A stretch of 62,986 nucleotides of DNA, counting the filler, from Intoshia linei (lineage: Eukaryota > Animalia > Orthonectida), in assembly GCA_001642005.1 (NCBI GenBank). It is 6 parts of 6 records of this genome, joined end to end, with 100 filler letters (N's around TTAATTAATTAA, not from the genome) between each part and the next. Parts side by side here need not be neighbours in the genome. Positions count along the whole stretch, not along the records: positions 1 to 11,361 come from LWCA01001296.1; 5 more parts are not named here. The stretch is one strand, 5' to 3'. Made by a program: the position numbers and the translations under genes. A model generated the notes under the pieces. That model did not search any database. It saw only the letters and a program-made list of their open reading frames with translations, and was not told where the DNA came from. This document shows, in pieces, positions 1 through 11,461 of this stretch; within the stretch, counting starts at the first letter, position 1, and each line of letters opens with the position of its first letter.

Positions 1-10
1 AAAGTCTTGC

Positions 11-415
11 ATGACTGTGATGATATTTTGTGATTGGGTGATGGCATTCGATAAAAAAATGGCATCAGAAAACAGACAAGTCCTGTTATTTGTGAACAAT
101 TGCTTATCACACAATAGTGCATATTTTAACGAAAAATTGATATACTTAAAAAACACTAAGCTACATTTTCTCCCAAAAAACACAACAAACTCAACGCAAC
201 CGTTGGACGCTGGTATCATTAAATGTGTAAAGCACTATTATCGAAGAAGTATTGTGGAATACTTTCTTACACATACATGTATGAATATAAACTATGAAAA
301 AAATTTAAAACATATAAATCTGTTTGATGCTATGAACATTATATCAAAGTGTTTGAAAAATGTAAAAGAATAAACAATAATACATTGTTTTCAGAAATGT
401 GGATTTATTCAATGT
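11..415 (+). mobile_element. pogo/Tigger (CENP-B-like) DDE_1 transposase, C-terminal relic
   Basis: ORF 11..373 has RQVLLFVNNCLSH, LHFLPKNTTNSTQPLDAGIIKCVKHYYRR and INLFDAMNII. After a stop it continues TIIHCFQKCG, a typical Tigger C-terminus. Catalytic DN is changed to NN. Confidence 0.88.
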
Positions 416-2142
416 AAAGTTTATACCGACCCAATAGCAGATATTATGTAATGCATTTTTTATTGTATATATTAAACATATTAATTAGTATGTATATAAT
501 ATTAAATGTAAATATATTTATGAAAGCTTTAGAGATCACGAGGAAAAAATAAATTTATCAATGTACAGAGAATTTCAAGCAAAAACTCATTGCAAATTAA
601 CTTATTCAGAGTATATTCAATATTATAATGAATTATCAAAAATGAATCTAGACTAAGATGTGTGTGAATTATATATGGAGAACAGCCATAAGTGTTTGAT
701 TACATTTAAACTTTAATTGTTATATTTTAGACGGAATAGAAACAGTCATAGACATTAAAAAATTGACTAAGAGAACCAAATATTGTGATGAATTTTACAG
801 AAAACTGACAAAAATGAAAAATGTTCCTCAAGAAATTTTTGACAAATTCGCTAGTGTAAGCGATTTTTACTTACATTTACTTACAATGATTAATTAAATT
901 ATATTGTGAGTATTCTTTCAATTTTCAATAAAAATTAAAAAATCTGCACATTACTTATCTACCCTTTGTTTTTTTTACTTTTTATCTAGCTATGACTGTC
1001 ATATTGTTAAATATATAATTTAAATCTACAATACAGTTACCTGCAGTACACACCTGAAATAAAATAAATTAGTTCAAATCAAAATCTTTCTTCACGAATC
1101 TTATCTTGTATGATAGAGAATTTAAAAGTACTGATACAATTTATTTCACCGAAATGATTTACGTCTACATCAAGCGTAATTAATGAATTACAAAATAAAA
1201 ATATTAACAAAAAATATTTCAGATTCATGATTTTACACCACCATGGTTTTTAAATTTATTGTGTGAAATCGTTGTTCATATATTCCCAATGTTTGGTCAA
1301 ACCGTTATCCCTTCTCGTCTGAGAAAGCACCGCAATTTCGTATACATAATTAGTATGAGAATCATCATCAAATCATATTTATATAAACATTTTGATTCAT
1401 CTTCATCACTCATTTTATAATCAGTCTTCTACTTCAGGTGCATATTTCCATACATTTTAACCTTTTTAAGTGAAATTTTAGATAAAAGCGTACCAGAATA
1501 ATTGCCCAGTTTAAATTTTTTTTATTCAATAACTTCGCTTGACAAAAATAGCATTCTTCTTATACTTTGGTGTAGTCCAAATGCGTGGTATTTCAAATAT
1601 AGGTTTTTCTTTTCTCAATGTCGTACAGCCACATAAATTTAGGCGTCCAAATGTGATCTGTTACATCAATTGAAAAATCACATTTGTAGAATAAAAAATT
1701 TAAATTATTATTCCGATACTAATGATATATTACCATAAAAATGATACTTTCCGGGTGGCCAACTAAATATATTGTGGTTATATTTCGATAATTATTATTT
1801 TATGTTAAAACACAAGTAACAAATGTTTATTATTTTTAAAAACAATCATACTTACATGCAAAAATGAACGAAGGCGTGTCAATCTCGTGTCATAATTTTA
1901 TAACTTTTAATAGCAAGCAATCTCGAACCGAGTTATATTTTGCTTTGATTTAATTGGTTTTAGTTATTTTTAATTATTAGTATTTGTTGTTAAACTCATC
2001 AAGTAAACAATCGATCTAATAACTCTTGCATTCTTGATCTCGTTACATATATAAAATTATAAATTTGTCTCTAAATTTTTTTTCCCTTAAAACCAAAATT
2101 CAGATAAGTAATTTCATTTTCTTTAAATAATTTTGTTTTAGG

Positions 2143-2455
2143 ATGAAATTAATTACAATTCCCATACAATTCGAAAGAAGGATTTTAAGAGCCTTAATTG
2201 ATTCCGGAAGTGCAGATAGCTACATATCGGAACAATATGCGGGTAATAATCTTAAGACCCGAAAACATAGGAACGTATTAGGTATTTTTAGTACAGATAG
2301 TATTGTTATTACCTACAGTTCTAAAGTTTCAATTCGAGAAAAAGTTATTTTCCGAATTATTTCATATTTTTTCATTGAAAACCAAGTATGATGTCATAGT
2401 TGGTATGTCTTTTTTAAGGTCCTACAATGTTCAGTTAGACTATGGGAACCTACCA
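2143..2455 (+). mobile_element. Ty3/gypsy retropepsin (aspartic protease) fragment
   Basis: LRALIDSGSADSYIS active-site motif. After a frameshift it reads YDVIVGMSFL, the retropepsin flap/C-terminal motif. Confidence 0.85.
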
Positions 2456-2914
2456 AATCAATTTTTGAAACTTTCATAGCCTTATCAAATTGTTCTATAT
2501 TCTCACGTTACAGGATATCGCTACATATTTTTCTCCCACAATTCCATTTTTTAATTTCTTTATAGAACCTAAAATAAAAAATATACAATATTTGTTGAAA
2601 AATAACCTAACACTTGACTTAAATGTATATTATTTTGTATTTTTCGGGTTTTAGAATAAATAACTTCAGGAAGGTCCAAATCGACATGCATTTTATACCT
2701 TATTTGAAAAACTTGGTTTAATCGCCAATACAAAGTATCATAACCACATCTTAAATTTATAATTTTAGATTCCTGTCCGTGTGTCTGAAATTAATATAAT
2801 TAAAATAAATAGTTTTTGATACATCCAACTTTATAACGGTGGACAACCATTTTCTACAGGCGATCAAATGTGGCTTTAAATATATAGGTCCACCGCAATA
2901 GTTACATAAATGAC

Positions 2915-3720
2915 TTAATTGATTCCGGAAGTGCAGATAGCTACATATCGGAACAATATGCAGGTAATAACCTTAAGGCCCGAAAACCTAGGAACGTATC
3001 AGGTATTTTTAGTACAGATAGTATCCTTATTACTTACTATTCTAAAGTTTCAATTCGAGAAAAAGTTATTTTCCGAATTATTTCATATTTTTTCATTGAA
3101 AATCAAGTATGATGTCATACTTATATGTCTTTTTTAAGGTCCTACAATGTTCAGTTTGACTATGGGAACCTATCAATATTTAGACAGAAATGGTCCGACA
3201 ACTGCAGTTACCAGTGTCGTGGCTAATTTAGTAGATGAATTGTGTACACAATGGGAGAGTAGTTACAATCCCACTCCCGAAGTAGCTAGCTTCGATGTTG
3301 ATAAGTTAGGTTTCCTAGATAAGGATTACCTAAATATCGTTGTTAAATATAGTGATGTTTTTAACGATAAACCAGGCACGTCAATTTCAGTTAAACATGA
3401 AATAGTCCTGACTGATAACGCCATACTTTTAAGTGTGGTCTATGGAGAAGTCCAAAACACACAGAATTAAAGTTGAACAGACAGGTAAATGATATGCTTA
3501 AGGACGGGATCATTGAATATGCCAATAGTGACTGGCGATCGCGGGCCTTTCTAGTTCCTAAATCGGATGGCTCTCAACGGTTAGTAATTGACTACCGCAA
3601 GTTAAATGAGATGACCAAAAAGGATTGTTATCCTACACTGAGACGACGATTTGCTTTTGAAATTCTATGGCAAGAAAATATTTTCGACGTTTGACCTTAG
3701 TTTGGGTTTCTGGCAGATGT
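2915..3720 (+). mobile_element. Ty3/gypsy pol relic: protease plus N-terminal reverse transcriptase
   Basis: Second copy of the protease segment, then YSDVFNDKPG, VKHEIVLTD, MLKDGIIE, W.SRAFLVPKSDGSQRLVIDYRKLNEMTKKDCYP. Multiple frameshifts; truncated at about 3720. Confidence 0.9.
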
Positions 3721-3738
3721 TTTACTATAAACTTTACA

Positions 3739-4250
3739 TTATTAAGTCTAAAAAAGTTATCACTTTTCAACGTCTACTGTATGTACGACACAATAGTTTC
3801 ATCAAGTAAAATCTATATACATAATGAAATTACTCGCTGCATATATACAATATATTATATAAATAATATAATTATATAAATTTATTTATAATAGAGTACA
3901 GCAGACATTCAAAGTCACCACTTTTTCAGAAGTAAATTAATTAACATTAATAAATTTTATTATTAAGTGTAAAAAAGTAGTCACTTTTCAACGTCTATTT
4001 TATGTACGAAACAATCGTTTCATCAACTAAAATATATATACATAATGAAATTACTCGCTGCATATAGACAACATATTATATAAATAATATAATTATATAC
4101 ATTTATTTATATTAGAGTACAGCAGACATTCAAAGTGACCACTTTTTCAGAAGTAAATTAATTAACATTAAGAAATTTTATTATTAAGTCTAAAAAAATA
4201 GTCACTTTTCAACGTCTACTGTATGTAAAACCAGTCATTTCATTCACTAA
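3739..4250. repeat. Tandem repeat, about 221-bp unit, about 2.3 copies
   Basis: TTATTAAGT(C/G)TAAAAAA..TCACTTTTCAACGTCTA recurs at about 3739, 3960 and 4181, and the intervening sequence is near-identical. Confidence 0.9.
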
Positions 4251-4330
4251 AATACATAAATTATGTAGTTACGATTCTTTAATTATAATAATAATACATT
4301 ATAGAAATTATTTTTAGTAATATAAAAATA

Positions 4331-4570
4331 GGGAAGTATTTTATTTGTCAGTATTTAATTACCAAAACAGTCAGTATTTTTATAAAAAATTTCAATATTT
4401 TCAACAAAAATTGTCAGTATAAATATTAAAATGTCAGTATTAAATTACATATTTGTTAGTATATAGTATATACTGTATAGTCAAGGATATACTGACTATA
4501 TACTTGGATATACTTTTTTTACTGCCCTTCCAATTTAAATACTGACAATAAATTATTTATACTGACGCTA
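4331..4570. repeat. Foldback/MITE-like element built from GTCAGTA / TACTGAC motifs
   Basis: GTCAGTAT motifs on the left arm and ATACTGAC on the right. 4331-4450 matches the reverse complement of about 46990-47123. Confidence 0.65.
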
Positions 4571-5370
4571 TAAATACAAGCCAAATTATTATCGAGATGA
4601 TGGATGTGTATTAGGGCAGTTGGCACCAAATTACGGCCCGCGAATTATAAATCCATTAAAAAATAGACCGGTGATACCTTACAAATTATTATATGTACAC
4701 TGTGAGACCTCTCAATATCGCCAATTCTCAATACCGCAACAAATTTAACTTAAATTTTCAATTTAAATTTTATACAAAAATATGGTAGCACTAGTTTACC
4801 ATAAATTAGTTTTCTTTTCTTAATAAATTTTTGATAGGTAGTTACCTAAATTATTTTTTTCTTCAAAAATAAGTGTTTTTATTTATCATGTCTGTAAACA
4901 CTAAAGTATTAGTGTTTCTCTTGTTATTGTCAACATTCTGTACTCAAACCTACTTATTGAAGTTATCCAAATATCTAAAGGTTAGTTAGGCCTCTCTGTA
5001 ATATTGATTTCAGAAAGCCGTCAGTTAAACGGAATACTTTCTACTGTAAAAACTGCAGAAAACAGCAGAAGTAAATTTTAATTATATATCCGGTAGTTAC
5101 CGTTCAAATAATTACATTTTTCTTCCAAACTTAAAATGGTTAACGTATTTTTCGTGGTAGTTAGCCACAGTATATACTAGTTTGTTGATTGGATAGTTAC
5201 CCCAATTCAAACATATTTTTTTTGGAATGAATAGTTACCTCATTTCAAATATTTTATTTTTTATCTTACATCCAGTAAAAATGTAAGATTTATTAATATT
5301 TCTATCTATACGTAGTTAGCGTTAATAGGAATACCTTCCTTCCAACGACCTTGGGGGGGGGGGGGGNTTC

Positions 5371-6500
5371 TAGGGTGTTCGGCGAACAGCTTGCACACTA
5401 TGACGCCTAAGATACCATATTATATCTACAAACCATATTACAAAAAAAATATGGTGTTCACCACATATATTTTTTATCCAATTCAATTTACTATATTTAG
5501 TTTAGTTATGAAGTTTATTTTTTTACGATCATTTGATTTACGATATTGTGAACGGACACGATTGAAATCATACATCTTAAATGTGGATAGAGCACCAGAG
5601 TTGAAACAAATTTGTGATTTTATAGCAAATGTTTGGTCTAAATGTTGGTTTACATGCAGATTTCAATGCATATATCTCTTTTGCATTCCAACGAGAATTA
5701 GAAATGCACTCTGGCTTTTTAAATTTGATAATTGGATTTTTTGGTATTTTATTAGTTTTATAAGTGTCTATTAGTTCAGATAATTCTTCGTAGTCATTAC
5801 GCCAATTTTGCTGTAAATTAGCATTGTGTTTTATATTAATTTCTCCGATATATTTAAATTTTATAACCAAATTTTCTTTAAGTTTTGTTACAAACGAAAA
5901 TGGAATATTGGGCGAATTTGTATTAACTTGAAAAACAGTATAAAAAACATGTTTAAGTATAAGGTTTAATATATGAAACCGACAATCTTCGTATATAAAC
6001 TCTGGCAAAATCTGTTTCAAATAAGTTATTACACCCTGATGAATACTGGTGTTTGGAGCTGGTTAAACGAAGTTACATCATTTATTAAAGTTACTTTAAC
6101 GGTTTTTAAAATTTTGTTTATATTATAAAATAGTGCACTTTTACTTGGTATATTTGATTCATTGTTGGACAGTTTTAGAATTGAATTGATTTTTCGAATA
6201 GAGGTATTTGTAATAATGGATGCCATATCGGCTTTTTTACTGATATAACATCAATTTGACCGTATTTATAATCCTTATCATGTAAGTCAGCTGTATGAGG
6301 TGCGTTAATTTTAAAACAGAAAAATTAAAATCTTGGTTATTTATTCGAGTCCTTTTGTTGTTTATAGTATTTTATAAATTTACAAATATTCTGAATTTTC
6401 AGTGAAAGCTAGTATCAAGGTTCGATATGTGATTTTGTAAATTATTTGTTACATCATCATGGTAACTGCCAGATGATGTATTCCAATAAAGAAGAACTTC
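5371..6500 (-). mobile_element. Decayed DDE transposase of the CRHH...RWxAK type (tentatively hATm-like) with a possible TAGGGTG terminus
   Basis: ORFs 6029..6226 and 5577..6020 contain CRFHILNLILKHVF (CxxH) and SRWNAKEIYALK. TAGGGTGTTC..CACACTATG occurs at 5371. Confidence 0.6.
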
Positions 6501-7029
6501 ATTGTATAAAATATAAAACTTGGAAATAATTACCAAATTTTATATATTAAACATTAACATTCATTTTGTTGTTAAACTCATCAAGTAAACAATCGAACTA
6601 ATTACTCTTGCATTCTTGATCTCGTTACAATTTATTTAATCAAAATTTATTTTGATACACTTAGTAATATCCATTTTATAAAAAGCGTGAATTTTAATTC
6701 ATGTAATATTGATAAATAACTATATGTTCATTTTTATTTATTATTAAAATTTCATTCGGTCCGCGCCTGACCAAACCTTAATATTATGATTTACAAATTT
6801 ATATATAATACCATTGAGGTAAATGAAAAACATTGCCGGGTTATACTTTTTCTATAAAAAAAAGTGGGACACTAATGTATATATGCCAAAAACTACACTC
6901 ATAAATTTACATTGGTTTGCATCCAAACCNTAAAACTTGGAAATAACCAATTTTATATATTAAACATTAACATTCATTTTGTTGTTAAACTCATCAAGTA
7001 AACAATCGAGCTAATTACTCTTGCATTCG

Positions 7030-7512
7030 AAAAAAGCGATAATCGAAAAATGTAAAAATAGTAAAGTTTCAGAAGTGGCCAATGAATTTGGCATAGCTAG
7101 ATCATATATTTATTCTATTTTAAGGTAATGTATACTAATGCTGTATTTAAACATTATAATAGTAATGGAGCACAAATTAATAACTGTGACGCTTCCGATT
7201 CATCGAAAAGAATTAAAAGTGCTAAATACCCCAGTACAGGATTAATATGTAACAATTATTTACATTATTAGTTATCGAAAATATGTTGAATGTTTTTATA
7301 AGCAAAGCTTTATCCTTAAATATACCCATATCAAGCGTTATTATTAAATAGAAAGGTATGCCATCTATTTTATGTAATGTTTATATATCTACTTAGCTTC
7401 GCTGTATGCTCGTTACATTAAAAATATTACCTTTTATGCAAGCAACGGATGGTTTGAAGGATTTAAAAAACGATTAAACTTATCCTATCCATTAGTATGC
7501 GGTATATCAGCA
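7030..7512 (+). mobile_element. Intron-containing pogo/Tigger transposase N-terminus (HTH_psq plus CENP-B HTH), pseudogenised
   Basis: Removing introns 7125-7162, 7234-7271 and 7356-7396 gives KKAIIEKCKNSKVSEVANEFGIARSYIYSILSNGAQ..SKRIKSAKYPIIENMLNVFISKALSLNIPISSVIIK*KASLYA..FYASNGWFEGFKKR. Confidence 0.85.
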
Positions 7513-8044
7513 TGTATGGGTAAAAATGTAATCANCTCGTTACAATTTATTTAATCAAAATTTATTTTGATACACTTAGTAATATCCATTTTATAAAAAG
7601 CGTGAATTTTAATTCATGTAATATTGATAAATAACTATATGTTCATTTTTATTTATTATTAAAATTTCATTCGGTCCGCGCCTGACCAAACCTTAATATT
7701 ATGATTTACAAATTTATATATAATACCATTGAGGTAAATGAAAAACATTGCCGGGTTATACTTTTTCTATAAAAAAAAGTGGGACACTAATGTATATATG
7801 CCAAAAACTACACTCATAAATTTACATTGGTTTGCATCCAAACCATAATAAGGCCGTACTAATATAAATTTTGAAGAAATTACTGCTCTTACAATACCGT
7901 GTAATATGCGTAAAAATTAATTTTATATTAATGTTTACTTTGTGCCAATAAAATAAATTATATTCTAATAAAATACAATCACGCGACATGATTGTAATTA
8001 CGTGTCATAAATTAAATATATTTTATTGCTAATAAATGTGAATT

Positions 8045-8205
8045 TTATCGCTAATTTTAAGCCAAATTTAAGTTGTTTACTTTACAAATCAATGATATTT
8101 GAAATTTGTGAATTTTAAGCTTTAAATTTTAGTGTTTTTTAACATTTCAAAAGTGAAATTTTTTGCTTTCAATTTTGAAAATCAGCATAGTCTCGTAAGG
8201 GTTAA
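8045..8205. mobile_element. piggyBac-type element end (copy 1)
   Basis: Ends ...CAGCATAGTCTCGTAAGGG|TTAA, a CCC terminus plus TTAA. Nearly identical to about 10220-10393. Confidence 0.65.
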
Positions 8206-8233
8206 AATACCCATGTTAATTTTATTAGAATAC

Positions 8234-8385
8234 TAGTTTGACTGTTAATTATTTCGTACAAACAGCATCCTTGCTCTGCCGAGGGCGAATTTTTAAATTT
8301 TACCAAAAAAATAAATTAAATAATAAAATCTTGTTTAAAAATGCTACTCACTATTATCCATCCTTTAAATGAGTCGTTCCTAAAT
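8234..8385 (-). mobile_element. Helitron family 3' end fragment
   Basis: The minus strand reads ..GCTGTTTGTACGAAATAATTAACAGTCAAACTAG|T, matching the 3' end of 56545-57765. Confidence 0.75.
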
Positions 8386-8462
8386 TTGAATTTCACACTA
8401 CCTCTTAATTTAAAATGAATTATTCCCACTTAATTTTATTTCGTTAAAATTATTGGATATCG

Positions 8463-9117
8463 TATTCTAAACGTTCAGGAAACCAAATTGATCAAGAAAA
8501 CTTGATAACAATTTTTGAAAAATTAAATTTTTCAATAATAGTGAAAAATAATTTAGAATGTCAAATTACCATAGATTGCGTCAAAGAAGGTACATTTTAA
8601 TTAGTTACAAAAATGGACCATTATAATAATGATTGCTTTATATTGGTAATATTGAGTCATGGTATAAACGGTTATCTATGCGGGAGCGACAGAATGATGG
8701 ATGTAAATGCTTTAATTCAATTTTACAACGGGAAAAATTGTCAAACACTAATTGGAAAACCAAAATTATTTTTTATACAAGTAATTTTTATTTATTTGAT
8801 TTAAGATTTTATTTTAGGCGTGTCGTGGTGATAAATTTGATGAAGGTGTTGAATGTACAGATGGTCTAGAAAAATCGTTTAAATTACCCCACATGAATGA
8901 CATGCTAATTTACTATTCTGTTGTTCCCGGTTTTTACTCTTGGCGGAATAATATGAAAGGTTCCTGGTTTGTTCAAGCTATTAACAAGGTCATGGCCAAT
9001 TATGAAAAATCAGAAATTATTCAAATTTTAAAGATGTCAAATTACTATGTTGCTAGGGAATTTAAGTCTAAAAGTCGAAATCCGTTTATGAGTGGAAAAA
9101 AACAATTATTTGGATGA
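8463..9117 (+). pseudogene. Caspase-3/7-like executioner caspase, 5'-truncated and C-terminally frameshifted (probable pseudogene or partial gene)
   Basis: YSKRSGNQIDQENL..FEKLNF, then (15-nt GT-AG 8590-8604) DCFILVILSHG..CQTLIGKPKLFFIQ, then (37-nt intron 8781-8817) ACRG..ECTDG..PHMNDMLIYYSVVPGFYSWRNNMKGSWFVQ..KKQ. SHG and QACRG catalytic motifs are intact. Confidence 0.88.
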
Positions 9118-10219
9118 ATGTGACAAAAAAAATACTAAATCAAATGAAGAATCTCAAATGCTAAACACAACTATAGTATAATATGATAAAAATTCATTTA
9201 TAATATTTTAATTATTGTAACGTGTTATGTCAATATCGAATAGAACTAAAGTTTATTAAATATTTAATACAATTAAATAAATTATTAAGATTTTGTATTG
9301 TATTATCGTAAATCCGTGTTGCCGTAAGTTTCTAAAGAATACTTTATATTGTAAATAATTTTACGATTATCATTGTTAATTTTTTTTATACACATTTGTT
9401 CCAATTTTTCATCAAATGAAATAGTCATCCATGCATGTATTCTTATGTATTATTCTTATGCCTGTTGAATTCAAATGTTGAATTAAAATTCACATACATT
9501 CTATTTAAGCAAATATAGCCAGTGATTACAAGTGAAAATCCTTGATAATGCTAAAAAATGATCAATTGAAACAAGTTCGGCCTACTGTGGACCCCGTTGA
9601 GAATGGTCGGTATATGATATAAGTCGGCCTCCAGATTTGTATCGTAAAAATAATAGAAAAAAGTAAACTAGAAGTGTAAATATCTAGTCTAAAATATCTA
9701 TTATGCAGATTTAATTTATTACATAACATTTACATTTAAATTGTACTACATCATATTTCTATTTCAAATGATGTACACTCTGCTTACTATTTCAGCTCTC
9801 TCTGTTTTTGTAATCTCACCAGGTAATTCATTATAGCAATAAAGATTTACTTATTATATTATTTCTGTTATATCTCTTAAAAAATCTGAAATATCCAAAC
9901 TATTTCATAAAATAATTTCGAAAAATTATTCAAAGTGAACAATTTAAAGTGTACCTATTAACAATACAATACTCTTCGTTTTCTATGAGCTATAAAATTG
10001 TTCTAAAACAATCTAAAGCCTTATTTTAGTCTGTATGTAGCGAGCAAAATAATTTTTAAAAATATGCAATCTAAGCAATATTTTTAGTGCCTTACTATAT
10101 TTTAATTAACAAATTAATTAAATAGTCACATAAATGTATTATTATTTACATCTTAGTATTTAAATTTAAATTATCGTCAAAATTATTTTAAAGTTAATTA
10201 TAAGGTTAAATATATTTTA

Positions 10220-10393
10220 TTGCTAATTCTTAGCCAAATAGTAAAGCCATATCTAAATTGTTCACTTTACAAAATCAATGACATTTAAAATTTGTAAATT
10301 TTAAGCTTTAAATTTTAGTGTTTTTTAATATTTCAAATCTGAAATTTATTTTTTTTTCAATTTTGAAAATCAGCATAGTCTCGTAAGCGTTAA
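10220..10393. mobile_element. piggyBac-type element end (copy 2)
   Basis: Direct repeat of about 8045-8205, ending CAGCATAGTCTCGTAAGCG|TTAA. Confidence 0.6.
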
Positions 10394-10531
10394 ACGCAGT
10401 TTAAATTAAATTTTTTTGTTTGCACAATTGAATTGTTAAACAATGTAAGCCTAAATTTAATTAGCAACGTGCAATTGAATTCATTAATTCAAAATTGTCA
10501 TCGAACTGAAATTGAAAACAGCCTAGGCTAT

Positions 10532-10831
10532 TTACAAATTGCGTGAAATTAAAAGCATAAAATTTTTTCTTTCAATTGGTAGATCTCGGATAATGTCGTC
10601 AATTGTGGTGCAAACAAAATTGGCATTTACCGATTTTTCTAAAGGAATACATTTAAAAACGTAAACTTGATAAGGGTTATCAACTGTCCCTATCATCACA
10701 TTTAAATAACACACTTTGTTCATTAGAGCTTCATCCACAACCAAAAAAATATTTTTATTTTCCACAATATTTTTTACTCTTTCTATTTCAATGTTTCCTA
10801 ATTGTTTAATTATCTGCCGAGCAGTTGTTAC
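10532..10831 (-). mobile_element. hAT-like (DUF659/CGGBP-type) transposase fragment
   Basis: NIFLVVDEALMNKVCYLNVMIG..FKCIPLEKSVNANFV..FMLLIS. Interrupted at 10832 by a gypsy LTR. Confidence 0.7.
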
Positions 10832-11361
10832 TGTAGTGTTTATAAGTTTAATCACAAGTTTAAAATAATCTTGAGTGTATGTTCTAGTGCGATAACTATA
10901 ATAGAGTATTAAATAAAGATATGTTGTTATTGCACTACACCTCCCTATTTAAATCGACAATGTAGTCTTGAAATTTTGAGACTCGAGACTTGTATCTAGG
11001 TTGTTCTTTAGAAATTTTTGGTTCATTAGATATAAAATTTTCAGCATGATAGGATACTGATTTTTGAACTTTTTTATCGTAATTGTTTTCATTCTCAATA
11101 AATAATTGTTTTCTATACGCCAGAGTGTCTTTCCAAGAACTTTTCGAACAGTAATTTGGAATGGATGAACTTCTTTGTGACCCGAATAAATACTCTAATG
11201 GTGAGATTCTCCATTTTTCGTGAGGTAATAGACAAACGGATAACAATATATCGTCTAAATATTCGTCCCAATTTGACCAATCATTCTTGCAACATATGTT
11301 CAACTTGTCTCGAAAATATCGATTAAATCGTTCTACCGCCCCATTTTGTTGATGTCGATAT
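10832..11361 (-). mobile_element. Ty3/gypsy 3' end: integrase C-terminus, polypurine tract and 108-bp LTR
   Basis: YRHQQNGAVERFNRYFRDKL..WDEYLDDILL..ISPLEYLFG. PPT AAATAGGGAGG is directly followed by the LTR TGTAGTG...CACTACA (10939 to 10832). Confidence 0.88.
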
Positions 11362-11461
11362 NNNNNNNNNNNNNNNNNNNNNNNNNNNNNNNNNNNNNNN
11401 NNNNNTTAATTAATTAANNNNNNNNNNNNNNNNNNNNNNNNNNNNNNNNNNNNNNNNNNNN
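11362..11461. other. Scaffold gap with synthetic TTAATTAATTAA linker (also about 35513-35612, 42281-42380, 54780-54879, 61716-61815)
   Basis: An identical N-run/12-mer/N-run block occurs five times; the linker gives stops in all six frames. Confidence 0.97.

Noticed and set aside
2108-2141. Intron-like segment before the gypsy protease (spliced pol)
   Set aside because: No upstream gag frame to splice from; such signals are common by chance here.
5391-5774. Plus-strand ORFs 5391..5774, 40996..41214, 49251..49547 and 52859..53065
   Set aside because: Antisense shadows of minus-strand coding sequences.
6620-7845. Near-exact duplications 6620-6929/7536-7845 and 6513-6615/6931-7028
   Set aside because: Bounded by single N characters and essentially identical; probably contig-join or haplotype artefacts.
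11406-11417. TTAATTAATTAA palindrome repeated five times
   Set aside because: Always centred in N runs; a synthetic gap linker.
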